From positions 174,851 to 198,850 of the forward strand of contig NZ_LNYE01000023.1 in NCBI RefSeq assembly GCF_001467695.1: 24,000 nucleotides of DNA. The letters are read 5' to 3'. The notes below the pieces were generated by a model. That model worked only from the letters and a program-made list of their open reading frames with translations, was not told the origin of the DNA and made no database searches. The position numbers were made by a program, and so were the translations under genes. Below are positions 17,287 through 24,000 of this stretch, piece after piece (positions within the stretch are counted from its first letter, which is position 1; each line of letters starts with the position of its first letter). The DNA is from Legionella gratiana. GTDB lineage: Bacteria > Pseudomonadota > Gammaproteobacteria > Legionellales > Legionellaceae.

Positions 17287-18360
17287 ATGATTACTTTAAG
17301 AAATAAAATTGGTCAAATGTTAATTATGGGATTTGATGGATGCACTATTCATGATAAAAGTCCCGTGGCTGAATGGCTTTCTTCTGATGGATTAGGTGGT
17401 GTTTTATTATTTGATCAAGATGTATCTACAGCATCGTATGGAAGGAATTTAAAAGATCAGGCACAAATAAAACAGCTGACTCGTCAACTTAATGATTATT
17501 CTTCTGAAATAAATTATAAAAATAATGGATTACCTCTATTAGTTGCCATAGATTATGAAGGAGGAGCCATCGACTGCTTGTCCAGAGTTGAGGGATGTAT
17601 GCCAACCATCAGTGCTTATGATATGGCACGTTTGTCTCCTGAAGCATTGCAGGCGGAATTGACCCAAATGGCGTTTACGTTAAAGTCTTTAGGGTTTAAT
17701 CTTAATTTTGCTCCGGTTGTGGATTTAAACTTACAAGAAGAACAGGGTATTGTTGGTGCCTTACATCGTAGTTTTTCAACTATTCCTGAACAAGTAGTTG
17801 ATTTTGCTAAAAAATTTGTGGGTGTTTTTTCTCGCTACGGTATTGCATGCTGCTACAAACATTTTCCAGGACATGGAAGTGCGCTTGGTGATACGCATAA
17901 GGGATTTGTCGATGTGACGAATACATTTCGAAGAGAAGAGTTAGAACCGTATTTTTCATTGGTACGCGATGTGTATCATCCTACAATGATTATGACAGCG
18001 CATGTAATAAACAAAAAGCTGGACAGTCAGGGGATGCCGGCTACTTTATCCTACGAGATTTTAACGGGTTTATTGCGTAATTCTATGAGTTATGATGGAG
18101 TAATTATCGCTGATGATTTACAAATGCAAGCCATCACTGATCATTACTCGCTTGAGGACGCTTTATGTCTGACAATCAATGCAGGGGCTGATATGATCAT
18201 TTTTGCAAATCAATTAGCCAAGATAACAGCGCCTGAAGTAATTGAAGTAATCGAGCGCTTAATCTTTGAACAAAAAATAGAATCCCAACGTATTGAAGAT
18301 GCCTACCGACGGATTATCCGTTTGAAACAGCAAATTAATTGTATAGAATTAGTTGGTTAA
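17287..18360 (+). CDS. nagZ: glycoside hydrolase family 3 beta-N-acetylhexosaminidase (NagZ-like)
   Basis: GH3 N-terminal domain motifs are present: IDYEGG, NFAPVVDL, KHFPGHG, DDLQM. The size is close to single-domain NagZ. The ATG at 17287 follows a GAGGGGA SD, and the TTG at 17272 is unlikely. Confidence 0.8.
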   Translation: MITLRNKIGQMLIMGFDGCTIHDKSPVAEWLSSDGLGGVLLFDQDVSTASYGRNLKDQAQIKQLTRQLNDYSSEINYKNNGLPLLVAIDYEGGAIDCLSRVEGCMPTISAYDMARLSPEALQAELTQMAFTLKSLGFNLNFAPVVDLNLQEEQGIVGALHRSFSTIPEQVVDFAKKFVGVFSRYGIACCYKHFPGHGSALGDTHKGFVDVTNTFRREELEPYFSLVRDVYHPTMIMTAHVINKKLDSQGMPATLSYEILTGLLRNSMSYDGVIIADDLQMQAITDHYSLEDALCLTINAGADMIIFANQLAKITAPEVIEVIERLIFEQKIESQRIEDAYRRIIRLKQQINCIELVG

Positions 18361-18382
18361 TTGTATAAGGCACATAAAGCTC

Positions 18383-18419
18383 TTGACGAATAATTGGCGC
18401 GTGTTAGAATATAATTCGT
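18383..18419 (+). promoter_or_regulatory. sigma70-type promoter with an overlapping dyad (candidate operator) for the leader ORF and DAACS transporter
   Basis: The -35 is TTGACG (18383-18388), followed by a 16-nt spacer ending in TGT, then the -10 TAGAAT (18405-18410). An inverted repeat, ACGAATAAT (18386-18394) with ATAATTCGT (18411-18419), matches 8/9 and brackets the core promoter. Confidence 0.55.
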
Positions 18420-18453
18420 ATTGCTCATATTTTAAACATTTATAAGGGTTTCC

Positions 18454-18528
18454 ATGTTAATTCCGTCTTACCATATGGCTCATCATTCGACCCTCTCTCA
18501 TTTTAAGCTTATTTGTTGTTGTTGCTGA
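18454..18528 (+). CDS. candidate leader peptide, 24 aa, ending in four consecutive Cys codons
   Basis: An AAGGG SD (18444-18448) lies 5 nt before the ATG. My translation is MLIPSYHMAHHSTLSHFKLICCCC*. The final codons are TGT TGT TGT TGC TGA (18514-18528). It lies between the promoter and the transporter start. Confidence 0.45.
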   Translation: MLIPSYHMAHHSTLSHFKLICCCC

Positions 18529-18584
18529 TCTCATTTTCTTTTTTCCCCTTCTTTATCGTTCGGTTTTTTTTGAGGATTTTAAAT

Positions 18585-19862
18585 ATGTGTGCAGCACATC
18601 AGCAACAGAAAAAATTCATTTTTAGTACCCCATTAATTTATGCTTTGATGATCGGTTTAGGTATTGCCAGTGGGCTGTCGGATATAAGTGTTTTAAAAGA
18701 AACTGGATTATTGGTTTCCGATTTGTTTATTAAGCTCTTTAAATGCATCAGTTTACCGATCATTTCTTTATCGATAATTGTTACTTTGGCAAATTATAAG
18801 ACCGATGGATTTATGAAAAAAATTTGGAAGCGAACAATTACGTACACTTTTTCGACAACTGTAGTAGCTGCGGTAATTAGTTGCTTACTCTATATCGTTA
18901 TTCATCCTAGCTCTGTTCAGGTCAATTTGGACTCTCATGAGATTAAATCAGCAAGCAGCCTAGGATATATTGGGTATTTGGCAAATATCATACCAACTAA
19001 CTTATTAGCTCCCTTTTTAGAGCAACAAGTCATGGGGGTATTATTCTTAAGTATCATTATTGGCATTGCGGTACGCCAAATTCCCGATGAAGATTCACGT
19101 GATATAATAACACGCTTTTTTAGAGGCGCACACGGTATGTTTTTGGTGATGACGCGTTGGATTATTGCCGTTATTCCCTTGGGACTTTTTGGTTTTATTA
19201 CTTCAACAGTTGTTCAATTACGTTCTGGCATGGATATTAAAGGTATAGGTGAATACTTATTAATTGTTGTTTTAGCAAATTTAATCCAAGGTTTTATTAT
19301 ATTGCCATTATGGTTGAAGAAGAACAAAATTCAGCCTTTTACAGCGATGCGTTCTATGCTTCCCGCATTATCAGTAGCTTTTTTCTCTAAGTCTTCAGTG
19401 GGCACATTACCTGTAACTATGAGTACTATAGAAAAGAATCTACAGGTTAAGCCATCAATCAGTCGTTTTGTGCTACCGCTATGCACCAGTATCAATATGA
19501 ATGGTTGCGCTGCTTTTATTTTTGCTACAGTGATTTATTTAATGCAAAATCACGGCATACCAATTTCTTATGGTACGATGGGATTATGGATTATCGTTGC
19601 TACAGTTGCTGCGATTGGTAATGCCGGTGTTCCTATGGGATGCTTTTTCCTTAGTGTGAGCTTATTATCGAGTATGAATGTTCCAATTGTACTTATGGGT
19701 GTTATTTTGCCTTTCTACGGTCTAATTGATATGTTGGAAACCTCCTTAAATGTTTGGTCTGATGCCTGCGTGACTAAAATTGTAAATGATAAAGCAATTG
19801 CAGAAGAACAGGCTGAATTAAAACCCCGAAAAATAGCTGCATATGAACCTGAGCTAGGTTAA
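18585..19862 (+). CDS. dicarboxylate/amino acid:cation symporter (DAACS) family transporter, substrate unknown
   Basis: 425 aa from the ATG at 18585, which has a GAGGA SD 8 nt upstream. DAACS signatures: FSKSSVGTLPVT, SINMNGCA, IGNAGVPMG and DMLETSLNVWSD in the usual order. The TTG 18513 extension in the ORF track reads through a T-rich spacer and is unlikely to be real. Confidence 0.85.
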   Translation: MCAAHQQQKKFIFSTPLIYALMIGLGIASGLSDISVLKETGLLVSDLFIKLFKCISLPIISLSIIVTLANYKTDGFMKKIWKRTITYTFSTTVVAAVISCLLYIVIHPSSVQVNLDSHEIKSASSLGYIGYLANIIPTNLLAPFLEQQVMGVLFLSIIIGIAVRQIPDEDSRDIITRFFRGAHGMFLVMTRWIIAVIPLGLFGFITSTVVQLRSGMDIKGIGEYLLIVVLANLIQGFIILPLWLKKNKIQPFTAMRSMLPALSVAFFSKSSVGTLPVTMSTIEKNLQVKPSISRFVLPLCTSINMNGCAAFIFATVIYLMQNHGIPISYGTMGLWIIVATVAAIGNAGVPMGCFFLSVSLLSSMNVPIVLMGVILPFYGLIDMLETSLNVWSDACVTKIVNDKAIAEEQAELKPRKIAAYEPELG

Positions 19863-19928
19863 ACCTATAAAAATCAGTTGAGTCCTACTGCACAAGTTAA
19901 GACCGCTGAACCTGCTGTATTTTTTGAA

Positions 19929-19964
19929 GGACGTGAGGCAACGAATAATATATTGCCCACGTCC
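19929..19964 (+). terminator. strong stem-loop downstream of the transporter gene (terminator-like, no adjacent U-tract)
   Basis: GGACGTG-A-GGCAA (19929-19941) pairs with TTGCCCACGTCC (19953-19964): 12 bp with one bulge and an 11-nt loop. It starts 67 nt after the stop codon. Confidence 0.4.
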
Positions 19965-20120
19965 TAAAATGTTCTTACTGTCTTTTCTTTTTAGCGATCC
20001 ATTAATTCCTATACAAACACAAGTAAATTTGATAGTGTTTGCACTTGAAAAATTTAGCAAAAATGAACTAAAAAATCGGTATTAGAATGAGTCGTTTAAT
20101 TTAAAATTTTAAGGAATAAA

Positions 20121-20594
20121 ATGAAAAAGTTATACGCAATAGTAAGCCCTGCATATACTTCGGTTGGCGATAGTCTTAAAGATTTATCCTCGTTTGTCGT
20201 TAATCCTTTTCATCAGTTTATGTATGAACAAGTTTGTGGTTATTCATTAGGCCATGAGGTTGCATTTTTTGATAGCATAGAAGATGCTCAAAAGAGCATG
20301 GATGTAAGTATTCGAGGTGCAAAAGTGGATTCTAAAGCAGCAGCCCAAAAGGCCATTATTGAATTAGATGCTGATGATGAAGGAAAAATAACAGGAGCTT
20401 GCAAGCTTTACACAGCTGAAGTCCAAAAGCTTTATGAACAAGCAGAACAAGAGCGTTTTTTCAAAGCAGTTCGCATGCCTCTCTGGAAAGAGCAAATAAT
20501 AAATCCAGAGATAGATTTTACTGAAGGAGCACTTGAAGAGTTGAACAGGCAGTACCAAGGGAGTAAAAAAACAGCAACAGCGCAAGTATCGTAA
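20121..20594 (+). CDS. hypothetical protein (157 aa)
   Basis: An AAGGA SD lies 6 nt upstream of the ATG. The protein is soluble, charged and predicted helical, with no motif I recognise. The two antisense ORFs overlapping it are probably spurious. Confidence 0.6.
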   Translation: MKKLYAIVSPAYTSVGDSLKDLSSFVVNPFHQFMYEQVCGYSLGHEVAFFDSIEDAQKSMDVSIRGAKVDSKAAAQKAIIELDADDEGKITGACKLYTAEVQKLYEQAEQERFFKAVRMPLWKEQIINPEIDFTEGALEELNRQYQGSKKTATAQVS

Positions 20595-20642
20595 AAAATT
20601 AAAGTAATTTGGGCGAATGAAAAGCGATCCATGAGCGAAGCA

Positions 20643-20778
20643 ATTGACTTAGAACGATGCTGCATTGAAGATTTGAAGGATCACTTGCGGAGCATGAGGC
20701 ATGAACGCTCAATGACGTCAATTTAAGGACGAATCATCGCCTCTCGATATCGTCGCCCTCCGTGAGCGGAGGACGACG
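20643..20778. repeat. degenerate copy of repeat family 2, ending in a GC-rich hairpin between convergent genes
   Basis: It shares ATTGACT, GGAGCATG and GAGGACGAC blocks with 14699-14872, in the same order and at similar spacing. The hairpin CGTCGCCCTCCG-TGAG-CGGAGGACGACG (20751-20778) matches 11/12 and probably serves as a bidirectional terminator. Confidence 0.4.
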
Positions 20779-20836
20779 TTCTTTCGAAAATTTAGAGTTG
20801 ACAATTGATTATCGTGAGGGTGAATTGTGAGCATGC

Positions 20837-21697
20837 TCATCCTATCATTTCATTCAGATGGGGGATGAGTTCTTTACAGTGTCTCATCGTTCTTTGATCC
20901 TCTGGTGGTATTGTCCAATAATCTCCATATTGTTGAATGAGAAATGTTTCGGCATTATTGGGAATATTGAACTCTTTAGTTTCAAATATAACACGTTGAA
21001 GGGGATATATTTCATCATGTTTTATTAAATTATTACCGACACAATTATAACCACGCCCTACATAAGGGCTTTTACTTGTGTTGGCTTGATAGATAATTTT
21101 TTCTAGGAAAAATTCGAGCAGAGATTTAGGCAAAAGAGAGGCAATAGTCTTGTAAAGAGTTGGATAATGTCCTGTTTTCACTTTGCTGTATTTAGTGCTT
21201 AATAAACGGGAGAGTTTTTTAGCATAAAATTTATAGCGCTTTCGTTGCTTAGGATCCACGGGCATGTTGTCATAGACAAAAACATCAATAAAGATACCTT
21301 GCACATAAGGTTCATTACCTTTTTCATGCTTTTCAATAAAACGACTGCATCGATCTCTAATTTTTAAAGGTGTGGCCATGTTAAAATAGCCAGGATCACT
21401 GTGTATTGTTTGTAGCCACATGAAATCAGGAATTTCTTCGGGAGCGACACGTAAGAATTGTTCATAACTTGCACGAGGCATAGCAATATCTACATCATCA
21501 TCCCATGGGATAAAACCTTGATGTCGCACAGCTCCTAGAAGGGTTCCTGCATCAAGCCAATAGTCTAAATTATGCTTAAGACAAATAGAATCAATGACTT
21601 CGAGCATCGCAAGCATCTTTAATTGTGCTTGTCTTAATCGACCATCGCTAAATGCAGATTCTGCAGAATATGGGTTTATTTGTTGTGCTAATGTCAT
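20837..21697 (-). CDS. LicD-family (phosphocholine/phosphoalcohol) nucleotidyltransferase-fold transferase
   Basis: 286 aa with the LicD signature YWLDAGTLLGAVRHQGFIPWDDDVDIAMPRASYEQF near the N-terminus. No signal peptide. No licA/B/C-like genes are nearby. Confidence 0.8.
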   Translation of the reverse strand: MTLAQQINPYSAESAFSDGRLRQAQLKMLAMLEVIDSICLKHNLDYWLDAGTLLGAVRHQGFIPWDDDVDIAMPRASYEQFLRVAPEEIPDFMWLQTIHSDPGYFNMATPLKIRDRCSRFIEKHEKGNEPYVQGIFIDVFVYDNMPVDPKQRKRYKFYAKKLSRLLSTKYSKVKTGHYPTLYKTIASLLPKSLLEFFLEKIIYQANTSKSPYVGRGYNCVGNNLIKHDEIYPLQRVIFETKEFNIPNNAETFLIQQYGDYWTIPPEDQRTMRHCKELIPHLNEMIG

Positions 21698-22044
21698 GAA
21701 TTAGTTCTTCATTACAAATGACAATAGGGAATATATTAGCAAAATAATTTAAAATCATTAACAGAGTGTAATTAATAAATTTTATAACCTAAGATATGAC
21801 GAAGAGTAATCGTTGATTTATCGAAGATGAAATACGAAAATGCACTCACCAAGAACTCGAGAGCACTGAATGATGTAAATGTGCACAGTTCTCTGTTTCG
21901 AGGTTCTGCGGCTTGTCTGCAGAATCCAGCAATGTGGGGAGCGTTTCTAGATCCTGAGGACATGTCACGGGACGTAAGCATATGACGCTCTAGGGGTTGT
22001 TGACACATTCCTAATGTAATTTTTTTATTTAAAATAGGCCACTT

Positions 22045-22680
22045 ATGTCTAATGAATTAAATCATTATTATCTGCAAACTATGGGTATCGATCTTTGGCT
22101 ACTGCGTCACCCTAATTCTTGTCAAAAAGACCTATCCTCACTCGCAAAAGAAGTGGCAGCATGTACACGATGCCCTCTGCATAAGACACGTACACAAACT
22201 GTTTTTTATCGCGGCCATGAGCAAGCTAAGTTAATGATTATTGGGGAAGCCCCAGGTTTTTATGAAGATCAGCAAGGTTTGCCCTTTGTCGGAAAGGCCG
22301 GGGGTTTATTAAATCAAATGCTGCAGAGCATTGAGATGGTTGAAAAGGATGTTTATATCGCTAATGTTTTAAAATGCAGACCCCCTAATAATCGCGATCC
22401 CCATCTGGATGAAATTGCTCAATGCAGTTCTTTTCTGGTTCGTCAAATTGAGTTTATTCGACCCCATCTGATTTTGGCTTTAGGGCGTTTTGCAGGCCAA
22501 TTTTTATTGAACAAGCCTCTTTCTTTGAAACAACTACGTAATACGGTACATCATTATAACAATATTCCCTTCGTAGTGAGTTATCATCCTGCTTATCTTT
22601 TGCGAAATCCAGCTGATAAGAAAAAAACCTATTTTGACTTATTAACTGTAAAAAAATTATTGTCAGAAAAAATGAGTTGA
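22045..22680 (+). CDS. uracil-DNA glycosylase, family 4 (Fe-S type)
   Basis: 211 aa with C.RC.L (CTRCPLH), the GEAPG motif (MIIGEAPGFYEDQQGLPFVGKAG), NVLKCRPP.NR and a HP.YLLR-like C-terminal motif (SYHPAYLLRNP). Confidence 0.88.
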   Translation: MSNELNHYYLQTMGIDLWLLRHPNSCQKDLSSLAKEVAACTRCPLHKTRTQTVFYRGHEQAKLMIIGEAPGFYEDQQGLPFVGKAGGLLNQMLQSIEMVEKDVYIANVLKCRPPNNRDPHLDEIAQCSSFLVRQIEFIRPHLILALGRFAGQFLLNKPLSLKQLRNTVHHYNNIPFVVSYHPAYLLRNPADKKKTYFDLLTVKKLLSEKMS

Positions 22681-22704
22681 ATAAGGCAAATTCTTTTTAG
22701 CGAA

Positions 22705-23616
22705 TTATGAATTTTTTATAGCAAAATTTTTCCATTCATTAGATGCATTAATAAACTGCTGTAAATACCCAATAAGTAGTCTAACCATTCGTTCTTCTTT
22801 GCGTTTCACTAGAAAATATGCATAAAATTCGATATCCAAATCACAACCTTCAATTTTTATCGGAGATAAACCTGGCTGCAATAAACGTTCATAAATCACA
22901 GACCATCCTAATTGTTGTTGGGTCATAGCGATATTATTATAGATGGTATTCGCTTCGGATATTACTCTTAAGTTCAGATCATTATTCCATAGAAGTTCAT
23001 CAATTTTCTGGCGCAATGCCATTCCTTTTTCCATTACTACAGCATCGTAAAGAGCTAAATCGCTCAATGTTAGATTCTTATTTAAGTGAATAGGATGATC
23101 ATCAGCAGCAACAAGTAAAAGTTTTTCTCTCCATAAGGGAATCGAAGTTACTGTTTTTGGAAAACTGAAGCTCAAAGGAGAAAGAATTATATCGAAATTA
23201 CCACTAAATAATCCATCGACAACATCTCGCTCATGAATTAATTTGATGTTCATGAGTAAATTATTGTTTTGAGAGCTTATATATTTTTGAATGTCAGGGA
23301 GTACAGATTGCGCGATATAAACTGAAGCGCCAATATTGCTAAGCAAACGTGAATTACAATTTTTTCCTTCCAGTTGAAGCATCAATCCTTCATAGGTATG
23401 TATTAATTGCCTAATATAAGGAATACTTAGCTTACCTTTTTCAGTTAATTCGGTTCGTAAACCTGATTTTTTAAATAACTGCACTCCAAGTTCTGACTCC
23501 AACTTTTGTATGCGCTTGGTCATAGCGGGCTGAGTAACATACATTTTTTTAGATGCTAAAGAAATCGAATGATATTCAACAACAGCGAGAAATGATTTTA
23601 ATTCGACGATATTCAT
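22705..23616 (-). CDS. LysR-family transcriptional regulator
   Basis: 303 aa. The N-terminal wHTH reads LKSFLAVVEYHSISLASKKMYVTQPAMTKRIQKLESELGVQLF, followed by a LysR substrate-binding-like C-terminal domain. Confidence 0.88.
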   Translation of the reverse strand: MNIVELKSFLAVVEYHSISLASKKMYVTQPAMTKRIQKLESELGVQLFKKSGLRTELTEKGKLSIPYIRQLIHTYEGLMLQLEGKNCNSRLLSNIGASVYIAQSVLPDIQKYISSQNNNLLMNIKLIHERDVVDGLFSGNFDIILSPLSFSFPKTVTSIPLWREKLLLVAADDHPIHLNKNLTLSDLALYDAVVMEKGMALRQKIDELLWNNDLNLRVISEANTIYNNIAMTQQQLGWSVIYERLLQPGLSPIKIEGCDLDIEFYAYFLVKRKEERMVRLLIGYLQQFINASNEWKNFAIKNS

Positions 23617-23650
23617 TTTTCAGTATGTCTTGATAATTAATTTATCTTAT

Positions 23651-23669
23651 AACTACTCGATCAATAGTT
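23651..23669. promoter_or_regulatory. candidate LysR-type T-N11-A dyad upstream of the LysR gene
   Basis: AACTA-N9-TAGTT (the TA...TA core fits T-N11-A) lies 35-53 nt upstream of the LysR start codon. This position is typical of autoregulatory sites. The call rests on sequence pattern alone. Confidence 0.25.
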
Positions 23670-23806
23670 CAATATAGGGTGATAGTGGGTACTCATATTT
23701 TTTAAAAGGAATTATTTTCTTAACAACTATAATGCTCTAACTAACAATTAAAAACAGTGGTGTCACAGGTTCTAATTTTATAATTCAATTTGACATCAAG
23801 ACACTA

Positions 23807-23835
23807 GGGCACTGTTAACCTAGTTAACAGTGCCC
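23807..23835. other. perfect 13-bp hairpin GGGCACTGTTAAC-CTA-GTTAACAGTGCCC
   Basis: Perfect inverted repeat with a 3-nt loop in the LysR-upstream intergenic region. Its arms share the CTGTTAAC core with the termini of the 16238-16382 palindrome. Confidence 0.6.
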
Positions 23836-24000
23836 ATACTATTTATAAAGTGTATCAATATTCCTATTTTCGATTTTTGCGGGGTGTTGGTGTTATATTC
23901 TCTAATTGTATGTATTCGTTACGAAGCTCTTGGAGGTTACTTCGTAGTGATTGTTGCATAGAATAAGGGGCAGTATTGCTGGATCTTATTGAATCGTTGA

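Noticed and set aside
18529-18575. Looked for a classical intrinsic terminator/antiterminator pair after the Cys-rich leader ORF
   Set aside because: A T8 run is present, but I could not find a convincing GC-containing stem preceding it or mutually exclusive alternative hairpins. I therefore do not annotate an attenuator terminator. The regulatory idea remains a hypothesis with an unknown mechanism.
18513-18584. TTG-start extension of the DAACS transporter used in the ORF track (MLLLLISFSFFPFFIVRFFLRILN)
   Set aside because: It is a translation of a T-rich spacer. A good GAGGA SD precedes the ATG at 18585. An extra N-terminal helix would invert the expected DAACS topology. The same DNA is better explained as the end of the leader ORF (in a different frame) plus the spacer.
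19854-20060. 68-aa minus-strand ORF in the transporter/157-aa intergenic region
   Set aside because: It overlaps the transporter stop, spans the terminator-like hairpin, and has neither an SD nor recognisable features.
20364-20726. Antisense ORFs 20364-20585 and 20432-20665, and a 31-codon plus-strand ORF at 20631-20726 (MSEAIDLERCC...)
   Set aside because: The first two are antisense to the 157-aa gene. The 31-codon ORF has no SD and lies inside the degenerate family-2 repeat, so it is most likely fortuitous.
21772-22008. 78-aa minus-strand ORF in the licD/udg intergenic region; also considered an RsmY/RsmZ-type GGA-rich sRNA here
   Set aside because: The ORF has no SD or start context and covers the GC-rich dyad patch. 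For the Rsm idea, there are only a few GGA motifs, not clearly in hairpin loops. There is also no upstream LetA-type palindrome and no solid terminator. It is kept only as an unexplained-structure finding.
3341-23835. Possibility that the recurring hairpin repeats form a CRISPR-like array
   Set aside because: The copies are kilobases apart, differ in length and orientation, are not interspersed with uniform spacers, and no cas genes are present.
23864-23959. 31-codon minus-strand ORF (MQQSLRSNLQELRNEYIQLENITPTPRKNRK) followed by the 23807-23835 hairpin
   Set aside because: There is no SD upstream, it lies at the window edge, and there is no supporting context. It cannot be distinguished from chance.

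Overview
AT-rich gammaproteobacterial chromosome segment. Gene content and repeat style look Legionella-like, but this is inference, since no database search was possible. Most of it is housekeeping. In order: the 3' end of frmA plus an S-formylglutathione hydrolase gene, tag, and prfC. Then comes a long minus-strand block with a three-gene split transhydrogenase (pntAA-pntAB-pntB) and a kdpF-A-B-C-D potassium-pump operon. After that: a 6S RNA gene, several small signal-peptide proteins of unknown function, tRNA-Ser(GGA), a GH3 NagZ-like hydrolase, a DAACS-family transporter, an orphan LicD-family transferase, a family-4 uracil-DNA glycosylase and a LysR regulator. I saw no CRISPR array, integrase, transposase, toxin-antitoxin pair or recognisable defence system, so I do not claim a new multi-gene system. 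Five things seem worth a second look. (1) A 24-codon leader ORF ends in four consecutive Cys codons directly upstream of the DAACS transporter, a candidate cysteine-sensing leader peptide. (2) The KdpD homologue stops cleanly after its GAF domain, so it has no histidine-kinase transmitter, and no kdpE follows. (3) At least three families of MITE-like or palindromic intergenic repeats occur; one copy abuts the pntB stop codon and another sits in the kdp promoter region. (4) A 6S RNA gene lies immediately upstream of kdp on the same strand. (5) A small hydrophobic ORF is translationally coupled to kdpF. All functional calls come from by-eye motif recognition and need HMM, BLAST or covariance-model confirmation.
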